A DNA stretch of 48,539 nt from a virus. Each line of letters starts with the position of its first letter. Position 1 is the first letter of the stretch. Made by a program: the position numbers and the translations under genes. The notes beneath the pieces were generated by a model that saw only the letters and a program-made list of their open reading frames with translations, had not been told where the DNA came from and searched no databases. The stretch covers positions 1 through 48,539 of the IMG/VR virus record IMGVR_UViG_3300024520_000006. One strand, 5' to 3'. Below, in pieces: positions 37,197 through 45,700 of this stretch.

Positions 37197-40100
37197 TGGC
37201 TGTTGGCTCTATTTACACAGCCCGTGCTCCTGCAACGAGTCTCATATCGAATAACAGCCTCGCTACGGAGCAGCAACTCACCTACGACACCGAGGTTGAC
37301 ACATCTGCTGATGTGACGAGGCAGTCAGGCAATCAGGCGTACCGTATTCAGAACACGGGCCGCTACCTGATACTCACCACAACATCGTGGAACGGTATCG
37401 ACCTTGGGAACAACAACCGTGCTGTTGTTCGTACCCAAGTCAAGGTCGGTGGCACGAACCTGACTGGCATTTCAGGTAACGCATCCGGGTATCTGCGTGA
37501 CTCAGGTTCCGCAGATGAATGCCACGTTATTACGGCTTCGTATGTTGACCATACGGTTGTTGGTTCGTCGGCAGATGACGTAACAGTGTGGGTCCAAAAC
37601 TTCGGTGACACGTCTGTTGCGTTGGCTGACCAGATAGCGGATTCGTGTGGCATCCAGATTATACGGTTGGATGACGGGGCTGATTGGATACAGGTCCGTA
37701 GGGCCGCTGCTCAGTCGTTGACATCGGCGCAGGGTACGGGTGTCGGTATCCCCGCTGATGCAGCTTTTACGACCATCTCGTTTGACACGCAGGACGTGGA
37801 GACTGACTCGGCAGTTGCCGAATGGGTGTCCGGAACAGATGTCACGCTGAAATCGGCGGGCCATTACCTAGTCATCTTGAACACATTCGGGCAGACATCA
37901 GGCACGACCCGTAACGGTGCCATCCACAAGTTGATGCTCAACGATGCCAATATCAACGGTGGTACGTGGGGTTTGAACATGTCCCGCGGTTCGGACGGTT
38001 CAATCGAGTCGTGGGCGGCGTTGCCGGTCATTCTTGATGTGGCTGCGAACGATGTGTTGACGGTTGATACGGTGGCTGTCGGTGAAACCTCGACTTCGTA
38101 TTCGATGGAGGAAGTGCAACTCACCGCCATCAAACTGCCCGACACCGCAGACTACATTCGCACCAGGCACTCCACAGCCAGGGACGGTCAGACAACGGGT
38201 GTGTTCCCACAGGACGCCGAGGACGAGGACGACCTTGGTATTCACTCGACGGTTACGAACACTGACCGGATCAACGGCACCGCCGACGACCACGACATGC
38301 TGCTGTTCGGTGCATGGTTCACCACACAAACGTCAACCACAAACTCTACCCGTGTCACCCATCATTTCCGGTGGTCACGAACAGGAACTATTGTTCAGTA
38401 CGGGTCGGGGTTGTCGTTTCACCGTGGCGATCAATCGACTACGGGGTTGAAGTTCGGTGGCCGTGCCGCAGGTATCGCAGCGAAAGCGTTGGGGTCTACG
38501 GAGTACATGTCGCTCGATATGCGACTCGAATCCGGCACAGGTGATCAGACGAGAGACTTCCCTGCCAACCGTGTCGGGATCACAGGTGTCGCACTCGATA
38601 CGCTTGCAGGTGTAACTGCACAGGACATTTCTCCGAGTTTAGCCTCCAGCTTAACAGCCGCCTTTGCCCCTGTTGCTTCAGTTGGGGCTGTTGATATTTC
38701 ACCCGCTTTAAAGGCCCAACTGATAGCTACTTTTGCACCTTCTGTTAGTGCTATCACCTCAATGAATCTGGCAATTAATGCTGGTGGGAATGATGGGTTT
38801 GGATTTTCACCAACTACCTTTAGTGCTACTGGTACAGTAGAGACCGTTGGTGATGATGGTGACGCATCTCATATGTATTTCAGGTTCCAGCTTACAGATG
38901 ATCTTGTAGGTGCAACCATAGATTCAGCCGTTCTCAAGATGTGGGTAGACGGAGCTACTACTGATGTGGAAATTGATGTTGTTGGTGATGATTCCGATAA
39001 CCCCTCTGCTCCTACATCGTGGGCAACCCTTGATGGCATTACGCCCACTACAGCCACAGTAAAGTGGATACTGGATACTGCTGGAGGTGATGCTGACCTT
39101 ACATCTCCAGATATAAAGGCCATTATTCAAGAGCTAGTAGATTCATATGGGCCACTTGATACAGAGTATATCCAGTTTGTTCTTGACCCTGATGCTTACA
39201 CTAATACGGACGTTAAAGCCGTTCATATGTATGAGTCCGTAACATACACTGAGCCTCGACTTGAGATTACCTATACGCCATCTTCCTCCTTGGATATTAC
39301 TCCAGCCATAGCTTCACAACTTATCACGGCTTTGTCTCAGACAGTTACTCCCGGGTTAGTGGATATTACTCCAGGCTTATTGCAACAGTTGGCGGTAGCT
39401 TTTGATCCTTCACTAACTACCACAGTAAGCGTGTCTCCTTCCTTGGCTGTTCAACTCATTCAAACCTTCTTGCCAACCCTAACTACAGGGCCGGTTGATA
39501 TATCGCCTAGCTTGGCTCAGCAGTTAGCTCTTGGATTTGATCCCACTGTCACCCCTGGGAGCGTGGATATATCACCAGCACTAGCTCAGAGGTTGGTACA
39601 ATCCTATGATCCGACTCTCACAACTACTGCGGACATCATACCTACTTTGATCCAACAGTTGATAGTGGGCCTTGATCCAACTCTTACCTATGTAGCGGAT
39701 ATTACACCGGGGTTGGCTCAGGAACTGGTTAATACCTTTGACCCCTCAATAGCTGTAGGGGCTGTAAACATTAGTCCTGCATTAGTACAACAACTCCTGA
39801 TAGCCTTTAATCCAACTCTGACAACGGGTTCTGTGGATATTAGTCCCGCCTTAATGTCTCAGTTGATAGTTACTTTCTTGCCTCAATTGGATATGAATCT
39901 TCACCCAGGTTTGGTTCAGGAATTACTGATCGCTATAGACCCTACCCTTACTTATGTGGTAGATATAGTCCCCGGTTTGGTACAGCAATTGGTTGTCACA
40001 TATGATCCTGTGGTAGCACCTGGGGCAGTGTTTATAACTCCTGCCTTACTACAAACGCTTCTTGTAGGTGTTGATCCTGCTATAGGTGGAGGTATTGTTA

Positions 40101-40351
40101 TTTATCCTGATGTTGCAAACCAACTCGTTTTAGCGTATGATCCGACTGTAGATTTAGGTGCAGGATCAACTCAGGATATAATACCAGCCATCATGCAACA
40201 GCTAACCTCAGCCAATGACCCTACAGTAGCACCGGGGCCAGTGGCAATTGAACCGGGTCTACTTCAAGCTCTTTTAAACGGGTTAGGCCCAGAGCTTGGG
40301 GGCGACGATCAACCTAGAGCTACTACTACAATGAGTGATTGGAGCGGTTAG
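37196..40351 (+). CDS. 1051-aa tail fibre: GC-rich N-terminal block, central beta-sandwich-like domain, C-terminal array of ~22-aa repeats
   Basis: Size, position before the portal and after the tailspike, and repeat architecture; TAATG overlap with the upstream gene. Confidence 0.65.
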   Translation: MAVGSIYTARAPATSLISNNSLATEQQLTYDTEVDTSADVTRQSGNQAYRIQNTGRYLILTTTSWNGIDLGNNNRAVVRTQVKVGGTNLTGISGNASGYLRDSGSADECHVITASYVDHTVVGSSADDVTVWVQNFGDTSVALADQIADSCGIQIIRLDDGADWIQVRRAAAQSLTSAQGTGVGIPADAAFTTISFDTQDVETDSAVAEWVSGTDVTLKSAGHYLVILNTFGQTSGTTRNGAIHKLMLNDANINGGTWGLNMSRGSDGSIESWAALPVILDVAANDVLTVDTVAVGETSTSYSMEEVQLTAIKLPDTADYIRTRHSTARDGQTTGVFPQDAEDEDDLGIHSTVTNTDRINGTADDHDMLLFGAWFTTQTSTTNSTRVTHHFRWSRTGTIVQYGSGLSFHRGDQSTTGLKFGGRAAGIAAKALGSTEYMSLDMRLESGTGDQTRDFPANRVGITGVALDTLAGVTAQDISPSLASSLTAAFAPVASVGAVDISPALKAQLIATFAPSVSAITSMNLAINAGGNDGFGFSPTTFSATGTVETVGDDGDASHMYFRFQLTDDLVGATIDSAVLKMWVDGATTDVEIDVVGDDSDNPSAPTSWATLDGITPTTATVKWILDTAGGDADLTSPDIKAIIQELVDSYGPLDTEYIQFVLDPDAYTNTDVKAVHMYESVTYTEPRLEITYTPSSSLDITPAIASQLITALSQTVTPGLVDITPGLLQQLAVAFDPSLTTTVSVSPSLAVQLIQTFLPTLTTGPVDISPSLAQQLALGFDPTVTPGSVDISPALAQRLVQSYDPTLTTTADIIPTLIQQLIVGLDPTLTYVADITPGLAQELVNTFDPSIAVGAVNISPALVQQLLIAFNPTLTTGSVDISPALMSQLIVTFLPQLDMNLHPGLVQELLIAIDPTLTYVVDIVPGLVQQLVVTYDPVVAPGAVFITPALLQTLLVGVDPAIGGGIVIYPDVANQLVLAYDPTVDLGAGSTQDIIPAIMQQLTSANDPTVAPGPVAIEPGLLQALLNGLGPELGGDDQPRATTTMSDWSG
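39290..40303 (+). repeat. ~15 tandem coding repeats of ~66 nt (22 aa), consensus VDI(S/T)P(S/A/G)L.QQL(I/V)..FDPTLTTG.
   Basis: Read from the translation: VDITPGLLQQLAVAFDPSLTTTV, VDISPSLAQQLALGFDPTVTPGS, VDISPALAQRLVQSYDPTLTTTA, ADITPGLAQELVNTFDPSIAVGA and others. Confidence 0.85.
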
Positions 40352-42060
40352 TGGACGAGAAACAGATCCTCAATCATCGAATGGAGCTCCTTGACTATTG
40401 GCGAGAAGCTCATTCTCGTTGGGATATCCTTCTTGATGTATACCATGGAAATTATGACCAATTATGGCCGGCTGAGTTTCGTAGAGGTGAAGTCCCTAAG
40501 GTAGCTAACTGGATCAAGTTAGGTTGGGATCGCTATTCAAAGATGGTGGGTAAGATCCCTACCAATCATGTACCGCCTAACAGTCTACAGAGGATCACTC
40601 AACGTAGGGCTGACAAGGTAGAACATATCCTTACTCACTACGATAATCAGTCCAGTATCAATAGCCTTATGAAGTGGTACTCTTGGTATCTTGTTGGCTT
40701 TGGTGCTTCTGCTATCGGAGTGATGCCAGATCCTGTACTTAAGGGCCCTAGGTACTTTGTCAAAGATCCTCGTATTGTTCTCCCTGAGCCAGGTGCTGGT
40801 AGCATACCTCTATCCTCTACTGCATATGGCATGTTAAGTGAACCTCAAATGCATACCATGAGTATGGGTAGCGTGGTCTTGAATGAATCTATGACTGCCT
40901 CATCTGTCCTTGATACATATGATGGTATACCTGAGGTAGAAAGAGCTTTAGGTATGTCAACCGGCCTTACTCCTGTATCTGTTATCACTTATATGGATAA
41001 AGAAGTAATGTCTCTCCTTGTTAACGAGGAAAAGGTTTTTGAGGTTGGTCATGAATTAGGCTTTGTGCCGGTGCGTATGACTTCACAATATGTGCCTAAT
41101 CAGCTAGGGGGACAGAGCCAGTTTGAACAGAACATTGGGTTGGTGCTTGCATACATAAGGATCCTTAATCAGAAGCTTACCTATAATGGTAATGTGGTTT
41201 GGCCATGGTTGGTTATCAGAGGCCTTAACAACATTGACCACCAGGAACGAGTCATTGAGATTATGGACCAGCAAGGTAATGCTGAATTCCTGTCTCCACC
41301 TGGAGAGCTCCAGATTGAAAGAGACCTTGATGTCCTTGACCGTTTGATTCGTGTTATGAACCATGATACAGAATCCCTACAAGGTGAAGCTCCAGGCTCT
41401 GGTACAGTTACGGGTCGTGGAGTACAAGCCTTGAATCAAGATGCCACTCAGATGGTTCTTGATTATTGGGACCTCATGAAACCTGACGTTGAATTTGTTA
41501 AGGCTGCTGCTCTTGCCATTGATGAGAAGATTTATCCTAATGTCAAGAAAGAAATCTATGGCAAAGCTAAGGGTGAACAATTCCAAGATACCTATACGCC
41601 CCGTAAAGACATCATGGGGTATAGGAATGTAGCTGTTGATTTTGGTATTGGAGTTGGTGGACTTGAGGGCTTTACCGAATTGATGCAAACCGCTGCTCAA
41701 GGGTTTGTGGATGAACAAACTGTTATGGAGAATTTGCCATATATCAAGTCTGTATCTGAGACTAGACGTAAGGTTTTGCTTGACCGTCTGGAAAAGATTG
41801 TCTTTGAAATGGTAGCTCAACAAGCTCCCGCTTCTCTCATTAACCATATGACTGAGTGGATGAAAGCAATTCAAGAGGGTAAGGAACCATATAAGTGGAT
41901 CAATGAAAACCCATTCCCCGAACCTCAAGAACTAGGCGCTCCGGGTGAGGGTGCTCCAGGTGCACCTCTGCCGCCAGGCGCTGCACCCGGAGCTCCTCCA
42001 GCAATACCAAACATACCATCTCCATCACAACTACTGGCACTAGGCCAAGGGAGGCAATAA
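40351..42060 (+). CDS. Portal protein candidate (the ORF-track start at 40339 is a TTG; the GTG at 40351 has SD GGAG 7 nt upstream)
   Basis: About 570 aa, Pro/Gly/Ala-rich C-terminal tail, followed by very large internal-protein genes. The call rests on size and synteny rather than a motif. Confidence 0.55.
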   Translation: MDEKQILNHRMELLDYWREAHSRWDILLDVYHGNYDQLWPAEFRRGEVPKVANWIKLGWDRYSKMVGKIPTNHVPPNSLQRITQRRADKVEHILTHYDNQSSINSLMKWYSWYLVGFGASAIGVMPDPVLKGPRYFVKDPRIVLPEPGAGSIPLSSTAYGMLSEPQMHTMSMGSVVLNESMTASSVLDTYDGIPEVERALGMSTGLTPVSVITYMDKEVMSLLVNEEKVFEVGHELGFVPVRMTSQYVPNQLGGQSQFEQNIGLVLAYIRILNQKLTYNGNVVWPWLVIRGLNNIDHQERVIEIMDQQGNAEFLSPPGELQIERDLDVLDRLIRVMNHDTESLQGEAPGSGTVTGRGVQALNQDATQMVLDYWDLMKPDVEFVKAAALAIDEKIYPNVKKEIYGKAKGEQFQDTYTPRKDIMGYRNVAVDFGIGVGGLEGFTELMQTAAQGFVDEQTVMENLPYIKSVSETRRKVLLDRLEKIVFEMVAQQAPASLINHMTEWMKAIQEGKEPYKWINENPFPEPQELGAPGEGAPGAPLPPGAAPGAPPAIPNIPSPSQLLALGQGRQ

Positions 42061-42239
42061 TGCCAATGATTAGAAAAGGAAGCAAGGGTAGTAAGGAAGA
42101 GGGTGGAGGTTCCGCTCCTAGCGGTGATGGCGGTAACGTCAATTACCGTAAGAATGAGGGAACCTCTGATGATAAGGTCGGTGGAGTTCCCACAGTAGAG
42201 ACCAACCACAAAGCTCTTAATAAGAACCTAGGGAAGTAA
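42060..42239 (+). CDS. 59-aa Gly/Lys-rich protein (not in the ORF track)
   Basis: Hand translation gives MPMIRKGSKGSKEEGGGSAPSGDGGNVNYRKNEGTSDDKVGGVPTVETNHKALNKNLGK; TAATG overlap with the portal stop and its stop abuts the next ATG (TAAATG). Confidence 0.5.
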   Translation: MPMIRKGSKGSKEEGGGSAPSGDGGNVNYRKNEGTSDDKVGGVPTVETNHKALNKNLGK

Positions 42240-42740
42240 ATGACCGACCGTTCAGGTCGAGGTGGAGCAAGGGTACCAGATGGAGTACCTCGACCAGCAT
42301 CTGTTCCGTTCGCTCAGGGACCTAATAGGTCTGACCTGAGTGCTTTGCCAGGTACACCAGGTACACCAGTACCTACTGATACCCCTACTGTGGCTCATGG
42401 TGATGCTGGGCCTATTCGTAGGTCTTTGTCTCAAATTCCATTGGACTCACTCAATGCTCAGAATGGTAGTCTCCTAGGGAACCCTACACAGTTCCCTGGT
42501 GAGCCTGTTACTTCTGGTATTAGCAATGGTCCAGGTGCAGGACCTGAGAGTCTTTTACCTAGTCCTGATAAACTGAACCAAGAACTATCCGCACAGCAAG
42601 TCAAATCGTGGTACCCGATGCTTATGCGCTTGGCATCATTGCCCAATGCTACTACTCAGACGAAGATCCTTGCTCAAAGGTTACGGGCTCAACTAGGTAT
42701 TCAACCTCATCAAGTCCCTAAGTTCCCAGGGGAGAGGTAA
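42240..42740 (+). CDS. 166-aa Pro/Gly-rich virion-module protein, unknown function
   Basis: ORF tightly packed between coupled genes (TAATG onto the next gene). Confidence 0.7.
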   Translation: MTDRSGRGGARVPDGVPRPASVPFAQGPNRSDLSALPGTPGTPVPTDTPTVAHGDAGPIRRSLSQIPLDSLNAQNGSLLGNPTQFPGEPVTSGISNGPGAGPESLLPSPDKLNQELSAQQVKSWYPMLMRLASLPNATTQTKILAQRLRAQLGIQPHQVPKFPGER

Positions 42741-45700
42741 TGGGTTGGCAGGACAGATTCAAAAAGGTATTTGAAGGTGCAGCAGATATAGCCTCTGCTC
42801 CTATTGGCTTTGCTATTGACCTTGCCCGGGTCCCTCTTGATGAGGAGATAGGTCTTGGTGATCCTTTTGCTACGGGCTTTGGTCAAGTCTCAGAAGGCTT
42901 AGAGGATGTATTTACTAGTACAGGCCTTGCTACGGTTAGTGGGTTTGTTAAGGAAGTAACACCAATAGATGACGTTATTGGTGAGGTCTTTAAACAAGGT
43001 GAGTTGATTTATTCCAATGAGATGCAAACGGCTCTAGGTCAAGTTCCTCTAGGCCTTGATAGTGTAATCCCTGGCCTTGAGCCTGGTGATGCATCCATAT
43101 CTCGTGTAGGTGGTGCGGCTTTGGGTGGGGTTGCAAGTCTTGTACCTGGCGGTGAAGAGGCTACCCTTGATGTTAGTAACCTTTACAAGAGGACGGAATT
43201 CAACTCACCTGGTCAAATAACGATAGGTAATCTGTTTGGATTGTGGGATATGCCTGACTACCAGAGGGAAGAAGTTATGGGCGGTATAGCCTTCAACTTT
43301 TCTACTGGTGTTATTGATGCCGCACTTCGTTGGTGGACCCAACCTGAAATTTTAGCAGGTAAAGCTGTTAAGGTAGCTAGAGCAAGATGGAGCCCTGACA
43401 CAGCTAGAAAGCTTACCCTGTTTCAAAGGGCTTATGGCATGGATGCTGCTGTACCACAGTGGGTTGATGAGGGTGTAGAGTCAGCCTTTGATTTGAAAAT
43501 TACAGGGTCCAGAGGTCGGTCACTTTATACTGTGGTCCGGAAGTCCGAGCTAGGGGATGCAACACGAGACCGAGCCCTGTACTTGATGGCAGATGAAGAT
43601 GAGGCTTTACGTTACGCTAGCAACCTGTATGCCAAGAACGCCGATGATGCGCCTCTACTTCTAGAACTAGACCCAGAGGATCTCCCTGTAGTACTCGATG
43701 ACTTCAGTTCCCCATCATTCGGTCCAGATGGGTTCCCAGAGCAAGCAAACCTCATTACTGTTACAGATAGCCTTGGCGGTAAAGTAAAGAACGCTCGTCC
43801 ACTTAGTCAGGCTGAACTTGATTTTACCCGACATCTTGATGATGTACCTGAACACCTTAAACCAGCTACTCGTTTGAATGAAACCTTATATACCCCTGAT
43901 GGCCAAGCGATTGAGCCAGGGGATCTGTACCACCTCAATGATTTACATACTGAGGTAATGGGACTTAAGGAAGCTTATGGGGTTGGTGGTGAGTCTGGTG
44001 CCATCAAATACATGCAGGCTATTCGTGCCCAAAAGAATGGGGGTACAGACTTAGTTAATTACGTCCTCGGTGATAAAAAAACTACCATGGCTATCAATGA
44101 TATGGTTGGTAATACCGCTGATTATAACCGTAGGGTATACTTCGACAATGTGCCTGGTGGCCATGTTATTGCGGATCTTATGTCTAATGCTACTAGTTAC
44201 GCTGAGGGAAGAACTATCCTTGCAGCTGCTATGGGTCTCGGCATTCAAATACCAGATGCAGTTACCATTCCGCCTCAGAGCCTTGCTCGACTTAAGGCTC
44301 TAACTCAGGAACTAGATGACCTTGCCTTAGGTCCAGAGGTGTACGCAAAGAGGCAGATGGCATATCACGGTATGATGTCTAATAAGGCCAAGATGGGTAC
44401 GGCTGATTATGATATCCTTAAGGAAGCGGTTCAGGAAGAGATTGACCAAGTCTACAATCAGATGGAGATGGCTAATTGGTATGATGCTATGTCCAAGAAA
44501 GCTGTATTAGATGCTCCTCCCCGTTATTCACGATTGACCACAACTAGGGAATCTATACGGTCTTCCAATTGGTATCAGAATAGTTCTCTCGCTAGGCCTC
44601 TCAGGTCTGTAAATCAGAAACGACCTCACCCTTGGGTTAATGTCCATGATACCAATGCTGATGTTCATGTGGTTAGACAGATGGAAGAAGCCCACTCCCT
44701 CTTAGGTGAAACCTATATTAGCTCAGAACGGGCTGGGTATTGGAGAGAGAAGTGGATGTCCGCTGTCTCTGAGCAGGAAAAGGTTCGTATTGCTCATGCT
44801 ATGGATGAGGAAATAATTGAGGCTGCTGCTCGTAGAGGAGGCATGAGTAAGGAACAAATTCAGAAGGCTTTGGAAAGTGCCCGTAGTGGTAGAACCTCGG
44901 CTGGAAAAATTTTAGCCTCTCGCCGCTATTCACCTGACTCAGATACGGACCTAGTTAGGTGGTATGATGAAGGTACTGGTGAGACTATAGAGATGCACAT
45001 GCCTCTCCTTGGTACACAATTGCAGAACTGGATCCCACTTACTGATGTTAAGGAATTGAATAGAGTGTCCAGTGCCGTCGGTAAATGGACTACTCGTTTT
45101 GGGTCCGCAAGAGATGTCCCCATTGAACTATTAGAATCCTTCTACAATGTATGGAAGCCAAGCGTTTTGCTTAGAGGAGGCTGGCCAATCAGAGTCGTTG
45201 CAGATGAGCAACTCCGTATCCTTGCAAAAACGGGTAGTCTCCTACACCATCTTGCTGCTATAGAAGTAGGGGAAGTTCCACAGGCTCTAGCTACATTTGA
45301 TAGAGGTATTAGTGGGGGTCAAAGACTAGCTACCTTATTCGGTGCTCCTGCTTCTATAGGTACCCATGTGTCAGCTAGAGCGGCTGGTACTGTATCTAGA
45401 GGTACACAAAGACTAAGGATGATGGACCCTGAGTTTTATGATGACCTTCTGGATGCTGGTACTGAAAAGCTTGCCTCTGCTAGAGCAGCTTTCAATGGGC
45501 CTAATGCAACCATCAATCAGGAATTCGAGCTCCTTCTTGGTCGTACTGAATCAGGTATCTTTGACCACCTTGTATCGAAATCAACAGGCCAATGGTCCAC
45601 AGTGTCTAAGGGCAGTAAGACCTATACCCCTGCTTGGACCAGAGCCCTTCAGGATCAGATAGGTAGAGACCCATTGGCTAGGGTTATGTTGGAAGCATCC

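Noticed and set aside
37363-39130. Many overlapping ORFs on both strands inside the fibre gene (37363..37653, 37502..37864, 37864..38145, 38000..38329, 38064..38450, 38314..38544, 38545..38757, 38869..39130)
   Set aside because: They lie within one continuous 1051-aa ORF. Stop-poor alternative frames are expected in the GC-rich block, and they have no start contexts.
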